Positions 20,792 to 30,811 of a stretch of DNA of 36,773 nt are shown here, in pieces. The translations under genes and the position numbers were made by a program. Numbering within the stretch: position 1 is the stretch's first letter; each line of letters starts with the position of its first letter. The notes beneath the pieces were generated by a model, which saw only the letters and a list, made by a program, of their open reading frames with translations, was not told the origin of the DNA and ran no database searches. Origin of the DNA: a virus (lineage: Duplodnaviria; Caudoviricetes). Where the stretch lies: positions 1 through 36,773 of IMG/VR virus record IMGVR_UViG_3300032257_000055, one strand, 5' to 3'.

Positions 20792-23203
20792 CTATGGATG
20801 AAAAACAAGTGTTAGCCTGACTGATGTCGTAGCTGTTATAACGTTCATAGCTACGCCAATGTTTGAACTGTCACAAAGCCACTCGGCAAATTCAGCTAGC
20901 GCTATAGTCGTTCCAGCACCGTTAGTAAGTCGGTAAAAGTCATTTGTCGTTATGTTGTTTTCTGAGGTTATATCAACGGTCGACGAGCTTTCTAAGCCGT
21001 CAGCAGCTTGGTATTGACCAACGCCCAGCGTCCCGCTCGTTATGTTAGTACGATCTCGCACGATAAAGGAGTGAGCTGTTCTTGCGTTCGTTGCGCTTAG
21101 CTGTATAGCTGTGACTTCTATCATCGACGGAACAAAGCCGACGTTGAAATTTACCAATCCCGTAGAGCTTGCTGTATATTGCTGAACCACCTTTCCTTGA
21201 GATCCGTGCCCCTGATTTCTGTATATGTCAACTTTATGCGGTAGCGCGACATTGCCAGCAAGACACTGTATTTGACTTGACGGAGAAATACCTGAGTTTG
21301 CGTATTTTCCGTTTTCTATACTCACGTCGCTAACTATATTATCTGTTCCAGCCTTCGATAACGCGACACATGACCGTGCTTGAGGAGATGACCTATAGTC
21401 CGTCTGAGTTGTTCGAACTCGTATATCGACACAGGGGGTATCTAGTAGTGATGAGATCACCACCCCATCTAGCTTGTCAACAGTCGTGCCGTCGATTCCA
21501 GAGGCTACAGCAAGAGGTTTGACAGGGTAAAGTATACTGTTATCTCTGACTATATCTCTAAGCGACACGTCGACATCAACATCGTTGCAGCCAAGTATAG
21601 AAACGCCATCTAGGGCCGTGTTCGCTATACTCCCGCGAGCCTTAACACCCGCGCAATAGTTAAGCTCTACACCAGACGAGGCTATATCCGTCAGTGTTGT
21701 GCCATCTATGCTGCAATCTATATCGATATCTTTAGCGTACGCTGAAAATATAGTGGATTCACCATTGTCTCTAAATTCGCCGCTAAGACTACCGCCTTTA
21801 ACGGGATTGAACGTAACAGCCGATCTTACGTTGTCATAGGCGTGATAATTGTCGATTATAGTATTCTCGCTGGGAACAAAATTACTCGTTCCTCCTGCCT
21901 CGCCCATTATTGCCCTATGATTCATGATAAAGCCTGAATCAGCACTGGTATCAATGCCGTTTAGCTCAAAAGTTCTACCTGATAAGTTTGCAACTGTATA
22001 TTCCCCATCCGGCACACTGGCCAAACCTGTCACTTCTTCGATGTAAACCTTTGAGCCATTCGAAACCGATCCGGGCGGGTTAGAATTTAGCGTTACCACG
22101 GCGGGATTAGCTTTTGTTATGCCGACAATAAGACGGACGCCGCCGAACGACTGTACATAAATTGGAGAACTAATGTCGTCGTCTTTGCCATTGTCGTGCG
22201 CAATACAGTTCGTTATCTTCATATTCAAGCAGCCGAGATCTTCTATCCCCCCGTTGCTCTCGTGATTTATTATCTCAACTCTATTGCAAAATGGATTGAT
22301 GACACCGCGAAACGATAGACAAGGGCCTTTAGTCGCATAGCTAGCGTCTGGATACGCTATGTAGCTTCGCCCCGCACCGTCAATAGTCAAGTCCTCAAAT
22401 CCTATATCGGAATCTTGACGCACGCGGTTGATAGGGATATTTGCATTTCTATACATCGGCATGGTTAGCGGCATCGAATTACTAACTCCAAACACTGTTA
22501 AGCCGACACCTGCGCCTTTCGACACAGTTTTTGATCTTTTTACTAGCTCCGATGATTGTATTGTTGTTCCGATTGGGTATTTTGCTATTCCACCGGTCGA
22601 TGCGAATGCTGTGTACATAGCTTGTCTCGCAGCTGTATCATCAGTTGACCCATCGGCTAATACACCGACAGACTTTGCGTTTATGACCCCGTCAACAATG
22701 ATAAGCTCCCATTCATGCCCCAGCGCATCACTAAGCTTTGCGTCGCCAAGCTGGGCGGGCGACTGACTAACTGCAAGCCCTGTCACGCCGGTTTTTCTCC
22801 ATTGTGCTGCGCCACCGTCGCCCTCACTGCTATAACCCTTCGTTTCGACAATCTGTCCAGTCGCAATAGAGGACATATCGCTAATTATTAAATTTTCAAC
22901 GGTGGAAAATGCACTTTCGTCTGAGGCTGAACCGCTCAACACGACAACGTTAGGGTAGTCTATGACGCCATCAACTGAAGCTGCTTGAATATCATAAGTT
23001 CCCTCTTCAACGTAAAACTGTGCGCGCCCGTTAGTGTCGGCAGTGAACGGATTATCAGCCGCCAATGTTCCCTCTATGTTTACCCATAAATCCACCAGGC
23101 CACCGCCGTTTTCGGCAGTGTTTTTTACCGAAACTATAGCGCCAGGAATGGTCTGCCCGCTGGTCGTTTTAGTTATAAATCTATCATAAATTGCTATAGC
23201 CAT
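20792..23203 (-). CDS. tailspike/receptor-binding protein with right-handed beta-helix (putative depolymerase)
   Basis: N-terminal anchor NPFTAD.NG...FY...G.YDI; TKGY...GDGGAA; G..ADG.TDDTAA pectate-lyase-like start; last gene of the tail operon. Confidence 0.85.
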   Translation of the reverse strand: MAIAIYDRFITKTTSGQTIPGAIVSVKNTAENGGGLVDLWVNIEGTLAADNPFTADTNGRAQFYVEEGTYDIQAASVDGVIDYPNVVVLSGSASDESAFSTVENLIISDMSSIATGQIVETKGYSSEGDGGAAQWRKTGVTGLAVSQSPAQLGDAKLSDALGHEWELIIVDGVINAKSVGVLADGSTDDTAARQAMYTAFASTGGIAKYPIGTTIQSSELVKRSKTVSKGAGVGLTVFGVSNSMPLTMPMYRNANIPINRVRQDSDIGFEDLTIDGAGRSYIAYPDASYATKGPCLSFRGVINPFCNRVEIINHESNGGIEDLGCLNMKITNCIAHDNGKDDDISSPIYVQSFGGVRLIVGITKANPAVVTLNSNPPGSVSNGSKVYIEEVTGLASVPDGEYTVANLSGRTFELNGIDTSADSGFIMNHRAIMGEAGGTSNFVPSENTIIDNYHAYDNVRSAVTFNPVKGGSLSGEFRDNGESTIFSAYAKDIDIDCSIDGTTLTDIASSGVELNYCAGVKARGSIANTALDGVSILGCNDVDVDVSLRDIVRDNSILYPVKPLAVASGIDGTTVDKLDGVVISSLLDTPCVDIRVRTTQTDYRSSPQARSCVALSKAGTDNIVSDVSIENGKYANSGISPSSQIQCLAGNVALPHKVDIYRNQGHGSQGKVVQQYTASSTGLVNFNVGFVPSMIEVTAIQLSATNARTAHSFIVRDRTNITSGTLGVGQYQAADGLESSSTVDITSENNITTNDFYRLTNGAGTTIALAEFAEWLCDSSNIGVAMNVITATTSVRLTLVFHP

Positions 23204-25381
23204 TTAGTTCACCTGTGGGCCTAATATGTTTGCTGTTCCTGATATTGTAACAAAACTAACACCATCAATGGCAGCTCCAGCAGCGCCGCCAGCGCTAGAC
23301 GCTGAAGCGCCCGAAACACCTGGTGTTCCGCCTGCGCCGGACTGTCCTGGCGCAGGATCACCGCCCAAAGTATCCGTCCCACCTGGTGATCCTGCAATGT
23401 TTCCAGCACCGCCGCCACCATTTAGACCGCCACCTATAGATGAGTATCCCCCGCCTCCGCCCCCGCCCCAAATATCAAAAGTTCCAATAATATCAACGGC
23501 AAAAGTTGTTAGCAGTGCTTTGCCACCTGACCCTCCAGCGCTTCCAGACGCGCCATTCCCGCCGTTACCGCCCGCCCCCTGTATCCTTCCGTCACCGTCA
23601 ATCTCCAAAATAACCCCAGCAGGCCAGCTACCAACATCAAGAGCCGGCTGTCCTGTAGAGTTTGAACCTATGCTAACTCCGGTAGAAACAACAAGTCTAA
23701 CGGTATTGCCGGAAACGGCGGGAGAATATATAGCATCATGAAGAGATCTAATATTTACGTTTCTTGTGTCGGTATTGATATTTATTATTCTAAGGCCTGG
23801 AACTGGGGGCTCTACTGTTCCAAAATTAACCTCCTCGGACACTATGGAGTATACGCCGTTTTTCTCCTCAATCGATATAACTTGGCAGCTTATCGGGTCA
23901 GCAGTATCACCCTGAGAATCTTCGAAAATATGACTCTGAATTGTTATAGTATCCCCAAGGCTAATGGGAGGCGTATTTATACAAGAGACAGGTATTTTTT
24001 TTGGTGTCTTTTGATATCTTGCAAGAATTTTATCGGAAACAGCGCTAACAGCAGGAAAGTTATCAGTTGTTATCCATCTGCTTGTTATAACTCTAATTGC
24101 TGGAGGGTTGTTTTCTAGAGCCACAACGGGATCGGTGCCTAGCGCCGCATGAATCGCAGAATAGTTCTTTTGCTCGCTTTGCTTTTCCGACGGGTTTCTT
24201 TTTCCGTAGTAAACCCAAAGCTCTGAAACCCGCTTGTTTTTTAACTCCTGTTGCTGAATTTTTCCGACAAGTATAGAGTCGTCAGTAAGTTCTCTTACCG
24301 GCAGCTCCTGCCTCAAAACCTTTAAAACTATATTCTTTTCCGGTATATCTACAAAAAAGGTTAGCCCAGCCTCACGGCAAAGCTCCTCTATAAGTGTTCT
24401 AACTGGCGTTGGCTTCATTATTTTAGCTGTGTAAAGCCGACCTAGATACGCATCAACCTCGGCTGTCCATGCTGCAAAGTCAACATAAGATGAAGGAATT
24501 GCCGTGGCGTTTGTTATCAAGTCATTTATTATAAATGCTGGGTCTTTTGCGTCATACTCAACGGCCAGCTGAAACGTCTCATCCGCTTCGTGATCATCAG
24601 CACCAGACCCACCGAAACCCCTAGCGATAAGCGTTACGGTATCGCCAGACCTTGTGAATTGGCAGTTTTCATCACCAATTGACGCGAATCCAGTTATGGG
24701 ATAGTCGGAATTTCCTATACCAGCTGGGGTCAGCGTTAGAGATGTGTCGGTATCTGTTATTGAACTAAGAAGAGACCCTTTCGACGGTAGCGGATATTGT
24801 GACTTATCTCCGTCAACAAACTTCATAATATCTTTTGCGGTGAATGAAAAATTACCGCTAGAGTCTGGTCCGGCTGTCGAATCAACTACATAGTAGCGCG
24901 AGGTCATTTCAGATATGTCCTGATCTGCGTACCCGTCAATAGTCCTAAACTCATAACCTTCAAGACTTCCCCATCTTGCGCTAAACTTACCCCAGTACGT
25001 CCCCTTGTTGTAAGGATTTCCAGTTCTTGACGTTGGGTAATTGTCAAACTCCGAATCATTTGATTTGAAATTTCGCATCGATACCGTTACGGACTCGCGA
25101 ACACCTAGCCCCTCCCCTGGGTCGATAACCAAAGGGCGGCGACTTATATTTTTGATACATGGCTGAGCTTCAATATTTATATCCAAGCTGCCGGAAGGCA
25201 TAGCCCAGCGCAAAACCTGATCTGAGCCGGCCAAATAGTTTGCAGGATCTTGGCATGTGCGCGGGGAGTTGTAGCACTTAAAGTCTCCAGTAACGCCAAC
25301 CGACGCTGTGCAGGGTGATGTACCGTAAACCCTAGAGCATGGGTTTATTACTAACTCCGCATATCTTACAACCTCTCTCAT
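23204..25381 (-). CDS. tail tip/hub protein with Gly-rich C-terminus
   Basis: Position after the distal-tail-like gene; N-terminal four-Cys cluster; GGGGGGG C-terminal domain. Start revised to MREVV. Confidence 0.8.
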   Translation of the reverse strand: MREVVRYAELVINPCSRVYGTSPCTASVGVTGDFKCYNSPRTCQDPANYLAGSDQVLRWAMPSGSLDINIEAQPCIKNISRRPLVIDPGEGLGVRESVTVSMRNFKSNDSEFDNYPTSRTGNPYNKGTYWGKFSARWGSLEGYEFRTIDGYADQDISEMTSRYYVVDSTAGPDSSGNFSFTAKDIMKFVDGDKSQYPLPSKGSLLSSITDTDTSLTLTPAGIGNSDYPITGFASIGDENCQFTRSGDTVTLIARGFGGSGADDHEADETFQLAVEYDAKDPAFIINDLITNATAIPSSYVDFAAWTAEVDAYLGRLYTAKIMKPTPVRTLIEELCREAGLTFFVDIPEKNIVLKVLRQELPVRELTDDSILVGKIQQQELKNKRVSELWVYYGKRNPSEKQSEQKNYSAIHAALGTDPVVALENNPPAIRVITSRWITTDNFPAVSAVSDKILARYQKTPKKIPVSCINTPPISLGDTITIQSHIFEDSQGDTADPISCQVISIEEKNGVYSIVSEEVNFGTVEPPVPGLRIININTDTRNVNIRSLHDAIYSPAVSGNTVRLVVSTGVSIGSNSTGQPALDVGSWPAGVILEIDGDGRIQGAGGNGGNGASGSAGGSGGKALLTTFAVDIIGTFDIWGGGGGGGYSSIGGGLNGGGGAGNIAGSPGGTDTLGGDPAPGQSGAGGTPGVSGASASSAGGAAGAAIDGVSFVTISGTANILGPQVN

Positions 25382-26262
25382 GCCGTAGCCTCTACACTTA
25401 ATCCCCAACTCATCCTACCGCCCATCGAGTCGCCTCCCTGGTTGTTGGGTTGAATATTATCCTTTGTCCACCCGTAAACTATATCATCCTCGTATTTTGT
25501 TGGACTCCAGCTAAAAAAGAACGTCTCTTGAGCTGACCCTTCGACCGCCTCGCTGTTTATTCCATTCACATGATTTATAAACGGCACAACATTCAATCTA
25601 ACATAGTCTGGGCTGTTGTTTTCTTGCTGTATTTCTGACGATCTATAAGCTCGCAAAACAACAGCCCCAAGATATTGACCGTTTTCTGATCCATAATTCT
25701 GTTTTTTTACATTTTTTACCATTGATGGAGAGTGACCAACATAAATTCGCCTCTGTAGGATTAGAACTCTGCCCATTTTGACGTGGGCAATAATCGGCGG
25801 GTTTATTTTCAGACCTGTTTTTTCTATCACTATTCTAAAATATGCTGTAACTGTGGTTACGTCAAAATAGTCAAGTATTGGACTGTCGTCATTGCTTGTT
25901 TTAAATGGAGTCAAATCTACCCATGTAATATTGTCAGCGCTAGATTGCATCTTGTAAGAAAACACCTCAGACCCAAGGTTATGCCTAGCTATACCAATAT
26001 AGTCAACCGGGTGCCGACCTGGGTTTTCTAGTAAAATATACTGAGTTAGGGTTGATGATGCGCCGCTATACCCCTCGCCCTCCCATGTCGTTGATGTGTC
26101 GGGAGACCACATATTTGAGGGCGGTCTAGATGACGATGTACCAGGTACAGAGATATCATCTACTGTTAGTACAGACCTATAAGCAAGTATCGGGCTATTT
26201 TTAGAGTAATCACTACCAAGAATTTCGTTTAGAAACCCTGCATTATTTATATATATGCTCAT
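25378..26262 (-). CDS. distal tail-like protein
   Basis: Directly after the tape measure gene; VDYIGIARHNLG motif. Confidence 0.7.
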   Translation of the reverse strand: MSIYINNAGFLNEILGSDYSKNSPILAYRSVLTVDDISVPGTSSSRPPSNMWSPDTSTTWEGEGYSGASSTLTQYILLENPGRHPVDYIGIARHNLGSEVFSYKMQSSADNITWVDLTPFKTSNDDSPILDYFDVTTVTAYFRIVIEKTGLKINPPIIAHVKMGRVLILQRRIYVGHSPSMVKNVKKQNYGSENGQYLGAVVLRAYRSSEIQQENNSPDYVRLNVVPFINHVNGINSEAVEGSAQETFFFSWSPTKYEDDIVYGWTKDNIQPNNQGGDSMGGRMSWGLSVEATA

Positions 26263-28097
26263 GCTGCAAACACCACTTGGCCGCCATCTTTCGAGAATTC
26301 ATGTATTCGCTCCCCGAACGCCTGCATTGACGCCCCTGAAAATATAGCGTTTGGATCAATAGAATCAACCGTTAGAGTTTGGCTTTGCTGCGCTTGAGCA
26401 CCACCAACCCCAACAGGATTCGGGGCCTGTGCGGGAGTCCCGCCACCACTTGCAGCCGCGCCACCTGCGCCGCCAAATTGCTGGTTTTTGATGTTTGATA
26501 GTTGGGCGAATCCAGTAGCAGCCGCCCACGCTACCGCCGGTATTGCCATAGGGTATCCAAGGCGCACACCCGCAGCTATACCTTGAAACGTACTAATTAG
26601 AGCGTCAGCAATGGCCCACGCTTTTGATATCTGGAAAGCTTTCTTGCTTCCTGTCGCCATTGTACCGACAACCGACTTCATGGCCCCAACCGTTTCACTA
26701 GTAGCCATACCCCAGTGGGATTTGGTCATCCTTTGGATTGCGCCGTTGCTTTCTGCGTGAATTCCCTGCACGTTTTTCAAGTGCTGCCTTAACGATTCCT
26801 CGCTTTGCGTTTGCTCTTCTGCTTGAACCTCTAAATCTGTTTGAGTTGGGTCTACCATTTCGTTGCGTGCATCAGCGACGACTTGAGCGGTTTCAATTGC
26901 GCGCTCTTTGACATCCTCTAGAAAATCATTGACGGCATCGCTTGGCATTGGCTGCATAGCCAAATCGTGTAATTCCTGCCGAACGACCGCAACGCTATTT
27001 CGCGCCTCATCCCCCAGACTTCGAAGACCAACCATAAAATCTGAATCGCGCAATAGATCCTTCTTTAAAATATCAACCCCAGGGATTTGATTTAGCTGAT
27101 CTATAACCGCATTGCTAGCCATAGTCGAAAGATCCAAGTATCCAAGAACAGCCTCAGACGCTAGCTCGAAAGAAGACACCGCAGCCGCACCAAATCCAAC
27201 CGCCACCAGCTTGACAGACTTAAACGCGACACGGAGTCCGTGAATAAAGTCGGCAAGTTTAGCTGCGGCCTTTATTGATCGAGTAACGGCTTTTTCAACA
27301 TGCACGCCAAATCCGCCCGACTCCTTTGCAAGATCTACGAATCTATCTGAAATTTCTTTAACAAATGGCGCAAGCTCGACCGTAAAAGTATTCCCAAGAC
27401 CTTCTATTACGGTTTGAGCTTCAAGAAAAGCATCGTTTGCCGCCTCGACTTGAGCCGCATCAATTCGCGTTATAGCAACACCGTATTCTTCAAGCTTTTT
27501 AACTGTTGGGGCAATGCCGTCTTTTTCGATCTGGTTTAAAACTTTCAGCATTGCTACGCCATCGCGCCCGAAAATATCGGTAGCAATTGACGCTTTGACC
27601 GTTTGGTTTTCTACGCCAGAAATAGCATCTGACAATTTTTGCAGTTGCTCGTCTGGTGACAGATTTATAATATCGTCTAAGTTTATACCTAGATCTTCCA
27701 GCGCCCTTGCGGCAGTCCCGCCAGACCTTGCGGCCATACCTAGATTCACCTCCATTCGACGCAAGCCTTTAGCCATGCTTTCAGCGCTAACACCGTTAAG
27801 CTCCGCTAGGTGATTAAGCGCTTGGAGTGATTCAGTTGTTACATTTAACGCGTCTGCCGTCTTAGCCAGGCTGTCGATCACCTTTGACTGTCTAGCGTAT
27901 AGCGCCGCAGTCATAGCCGCACCAGCCGCCACCGCAGCCGCGCCCATTTTGGCCGACGAGGTGGCAACCGCGCGCATTCTACGAACTGAGCTTTTGCTAA
28001 AATTCTTTACAGATCTAGCGGCTTTCGCCATGCCTTGCTCTAAATCTGCGGTATTTGCGCCAACTCTTACGGCTAAATCACCAACGGCTGCGGCCAT
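26259..28097 (-). CDS. tail tape measure protein
   Basis: 612 aa helical Ala-rich; VGDL.V.VGANT N-terminus; follows the tail chaperones. Confidence 0.92.
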   Translation of the reverse strand: MAAAVGDLAVRVGANTADLEQGMAKAARSVKNFSKSSVRRMRAVATSSAKMGAAAVAAGAAMTAALYARQSKVIDSLAKTADALNVTTESLQALNHLAELNGVSAESMAKGLRRMEVNLGMAARSGGTAARALEDLGINLDDIINLSPDEQLQKLSDAISGVENQTVKASIATDIFGRDGVAMLKVLNQIEKDGIAPTVKKLEEYGVAITRIDAAQVEAANDAFLEAQTVIEGLGNTFTVELAPFVKEISDRFVDLAKESGGFGVHVEKAVTRSIKAAAKLADFIHGLRVAFKSVKLVAVGFGAAAVSSFELASEAVLGYLDLSTMASNAVIDQLNQIPGVDILKKDLLRDSDFMVGLRSLGDEARNSVAVVRQELHDLAMQPMPSDAVNDFLEDVKERAIETAQVVADARNEMVDPTQTDLEVQAEEQTQSEESLRQHLKNVQGIHAESNGAIQRMTKSHWGMATSETVGAMKSVVGTMATGSKKAFQISKAWAIADALISTFQGIAAGVRLGYPMAIPAVAWAAATGFAQLSNIKNQQFGGAGGAAASGGGTPAQAPNPVGVGGAQAQQSQTLTVDSIDPNAIFSGASMQAFGERIHEFSKDGGQVVFAA

Positions 28098-28100
28098 GTA

Positions 28101-28316
28101 TTACTCCAACATTTCGTATAACGACGCCCATTTGTCTTTAATATTTCGCTTTTCGGGCGGTACTTTAGATTCATAATACAGCCAGAACTCGGCTGGTGAA
28201 AGTCGCCAAAACTCTGAAGGCGGCAAGCCCCACGCGCCAACTGCCACCATATAAGCTTCGCGAACTAGCCTTTGCTTGCTTTGCGCCTGCGCTTTCGTGG
28301 GGTCGTAGTCTTTGGG
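28101..28316 (-). CDS. tail assembly chaperone, -1 frameshift extension (gpT-like)
   Basis: Slippery C CCA AAG at 28316-28310; -1 frame gives ...AWGLPPSEFWRLSPAEFW...MLE stop. Confidence 0.85.
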   Translation of the reverse strand, partial: PKDYDPTKAQAQSKQRLVREAYMVAVGAWGLPPSEFWRLSPAEFWLYYESKVPPEKRNIKDKWASLYEMLE

Positions 28317-28636
28317 GGCGGCGATTCCTGCAAGTGTTCGGGCGGGATCATAAGCATTAATAGGGAATTAACAGCCTCCTGAATCGCTACACCTTCGCCT
28401 GTGCCGCCTATCATTGCCGAATATACCAGCTCTTGAGTAGCACCGCGCGCACCAGCATACTTCAATGCGTCACTGTATGCGCGTGATATTTTGCCAAACT
28501 TAACGCCGTTTTTTGATGTTAAGTCTTGAATTGTAACAACTTCCTCGATCACCTCGATTAAGCCCATTACCCTATCGTGCGGAACGGTGAACTCTTCACC
28601 CTTCCAGGATAAACCCACTTCGTGAAATATGCTCAT
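28265..28636 (-). CDS. tail assembly chaperone (gpG-like)
   Basis: Between the tail tube and tape measure genes. Confidence 0.85.
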   Translation of the reverse strand: MSIFHEVGLSWKGEEFTVPHDRVMGLIEVIEEVVTIQDLTSKNGVKFGKISRAYSDALKYAGARGATQELVYSAMIGGTGEGVAIQEAVNSLLMLMIPPEHLQESPPPKTTTPRKRRRKASKG

Positions 28637-29056
28637 TTATGCGGCCTCTGGCGTATAAACCCACGCCCCTGAACTTTCTAAAGTCCCGCTAAACGTGGAC
28701 GCATCATTATAAGGCATTCCAAGCTCAAAACCTGACAATCTAAAATCGCCGGTCAAAGTTGCTTTTGTGGTATTTGTCGGGTCAATGATAGCTAACTCAA
28801 GCTCAATATCTGTAAATAACTTAGATTGCGTAGTGTCCATAACCAGATTTAAGAGCGTGTCATCTTTAAATATACCGTCAATGGGTATATCAATCTGCTC
28901 TTGACCAGACGCGGCAAGAAGCAGGCGAATGCCGTCATCTTCACCGCTTGTAACATCGATACTTTCACCGCTCCAGTTCAAGCCTTTGGTTCTAACACCG
29001 GCCAACCGTGTAGCGCCCTTTTTTAATACTGCTTCTCTTCCAACAAATCCAGCCAT
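28637..29056 (-). CDS. major tail tube protein (TP901-1/GTA-like)
   Basis: G.RTK......E.IDVT..ED.G.R.LL; TF..TLESSG. Confidence 0.88.
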   Translation of the reverse strand: MAGFVGREAVLKKGATRLAGVRTKGLNWSGESIDVTSGEDDGIRLLLAASGQEQIDIPIDGIFKDDTLLNLVMDTTQSKLFTDIELELAIIDPTNTTKATLTGDFRLSGFELGMPYNDASTFSGTLESSGAWVYTPEAA

Positions 29057-29060
29057 GACA

Positions 29061-29504
29061 CTATACCTTTTGTAGTAAAATTTTAAACGTTGTGACGCCG
29101 TGACGAGTTAGACCGTCAGCATCGATAAAACTCTGAGAGCCTTCCCAATCTATCGCTATTATGTCATAGCCCGAATAGGTTGCTTTCTTTCTGTGTAGGG
29201 CATCATATATCGCCCCTTGAATCTGCTTTGTTTGCTTTTTACCTCGACCTCTAGACCATGAATGTATGGCAATTGTAGCCACATCTCCTAGCGTGTCATC
29301 GGTATCATCTTCGTTGTGAGTGCTTTCCCCTATGCTAACATAAGGAAATTTTTGCTCCTGGGGGACATCATCAAAAACACCCATAACAATAGCTTTAAGG
29401 TATGCGCTTGCATTAAGCAAATTATATACAGCACCTTGGACTGCTAGCTCAAAGCTTGGAAACTGATCAGGCAAAAAAACATTTTCACTAGAGTAAATGC
29501 TCAT
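29061..29504 (-). CDS. tail terminator (DUF3168-like)
   Basis: Q.AVY..L; VFDDVP....FPYV.IGE; IHSWS...G; D.DGLTRHGV. Confidence 0.85.
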   Translation of the reverse strand: MSIYSSENVFLPDQFPSFELAVQGAVYNLLNASAYLKAIVMGVFDDVPQEQKFPYVSIGESTHNEDDTDDTLGDVATIAIHSWSRGRGKKQTKQIQGAIYDALHRKKATYSGYDIIAIDWEGSQSFIDADGLTRHGVTTFKILLQKV

Positions 29505-29941
29505 TTCTTAGCGTTCCTTTTTGCTTCTCGTGCCAGCGCATTTTCTAGTTTTTGTCCAAACTGTCTTAGCAGTGTTTCGGTAAAGTTTGCGCTGGCTTTT
29601 TCGGCTGCCGGCTTTATGAATGGTCTTGCTGCTTGGCCGGTCTTGCCTTCTGTCCCGTACTCAATAAATCTCCAGTAAAATGCGTCGTGTTTTGCGTCGT
29701 TACCATGTTCAACCCTTACCTCACTTGTCGGGGCTGTTGGTGGCGACTTCTTGCGCTTGGCTTTGATTGCTTTGCGCAATTTCCCACTATCCCTTGGCGC
29801 TTCACTCTTTGCATCCTTTGCGATTTCAGCGGCCACGCCGTGAATAGCGGCGCGCATTAAATTTCTCGAGTGTCTAGGGCCGACATTTTCAAGCAAGTCT
29901 ACAAGCTCGGTAGTGCCTGTGATTTCAAAGCTTACACTCAT
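29501..29941 (-). CDS. HK97 gp10-like neck protein
   Basis: AP.DSG.LR.AI; FYWRFIEYGT....ARPFI.PA. Confidence 0.9.
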   Translation of the reverse strand: MSVSFEITGTTELVDLLENVGPRHSRNLMRAAIHGVAAEIAKDAKSEAPRDSGKLRKAIKAKRKKSPPTAPTSEVRVEHGNDAKHDAFYWRFIEYGTEGKTGQAARPFIKPAAEKASANFTETLLRQFGQKLENALAREAKRNAKK

Positions 29942-30267
29942 TGCGCAACGCCTCGCTCCGCATACATTTCTAAAAACATTGATCGTCTAGTGCGTTTAGG
30001 AATATATCGAATATTGTATTCGTCGTCATCAAATTTTATTCTGTCATTTTCTTTTATATCGTCACGATAACGTATAACAAAAAGACTTAAAGCCTCTGCG
30101 TTTAGCTTGTCGAACCGCTCAACTTCTTTTCCTGAAAGAGCCCGAACCTTGCAAAACACATCGCTATCAATAAAGCGAATAGTCAAATCTTTACCGCCAA
30201 ACCCGTCATCAGTGAGCACCTCTGCATAAAGGTCGATTTTTTCGTCTAACTCTCCAGCCCTATACAC
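29938..30267 (-). CDS. head closure protein (HK97 gp7/SPP1 gp16-like)
   Basis: RAGEL...I; D..GG; IRYR.DI....RI......YNI. Confidence 0.88.
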   Translation of the reverse strand: MYRAGELDEKIDLYAEVLTDDGFGGKDLTIRFIDSDVFCKVRALSGKEVERFDKLNAEALSLFVIRYRDDIKENDRIKFDDDEYNIRYIPKRTRRSMFLEMYAERGVAQ

Positions 30268-30811
30268 CTAACTGCACCCTATACGGCCAAATAGAGGCCA
30301 TTACTGCGGGATTTTCCGCCACCGAAAAGCCTATAACGCTTTCAGAACGTAAATCATAAAGATCTGTGATCATCATTAGCATAGCAACTTTAGCGCCTCC
30401 AAGCTCAACAGGTGCGCCAGTAGTGACCGTTATCGTGTAGCTTTTAGCGTTAGATGGAAATGAATCATCAGGATATATCACTTGTTCATCTGAAAATAGA
30501 GTATAAGTTCCTCCCGCAATTGTTTGCTGTGCGTTTTCGTCATCAATATACGTGATTGAATCAACGCTAATAAGATCAGGATACGGCAAATCAATTTTTG
30601 TTAAATCAAAGCCGCCATCAAATACGATTTTAACTTGCTGCTCAGTAAAAAACCTATTGCAAAACTTTTCGGCCTTATCTCGCGCAATAGCAACCAGCAT
30701 TTCGACATGATCGTCGTCGTCGCCTATTTTAACGCGCAATTGTGCACGAGCCTCATCCATGGATACAGGCTCAGAGGTGGGCGAAGTTACAGCAACGGTT
30801 TTATAGGTCAT
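30260..30811 (-). CDS. head-tail connector/adaptor (HK97 gp6-like)
   Basis: P.SEPVS.DEA..QLRV...DDD......A...AE.F..R; AMLM.I..LY..R. Confidence 0.88.
   Translation of the reverse strand: MTYKTVAVTSPTSEPVSMDEARAQLRVKIGDDDDHVEMLVAIARDKAEKFCNRFFTEQQVKIVFDGGFDLTKIDLPYPDLISVDSITYIDDENAQQTIAGGTYTLFSDEQVIYPDDSFPSNAKSYTITVTTGAPVELGGAKVAMLMMITDLYDLRSESVIGFSVAENPAVMASIWPYRVQLGV

Noticed and set aside
20792-23203. Possible diversity-generating retroelement target in the tailspike or fibre genes
   Set aside because: No reverse transcriptase and no TR/VR repeat pair seen.
23226-23741. 171-aa Pro-rich plus-strand ORF
   Set aside because: Antisense shadow of the Gly-rich C-terminus of the tail tip gene; the same applies to the other antisense ORFs inside structural genes.
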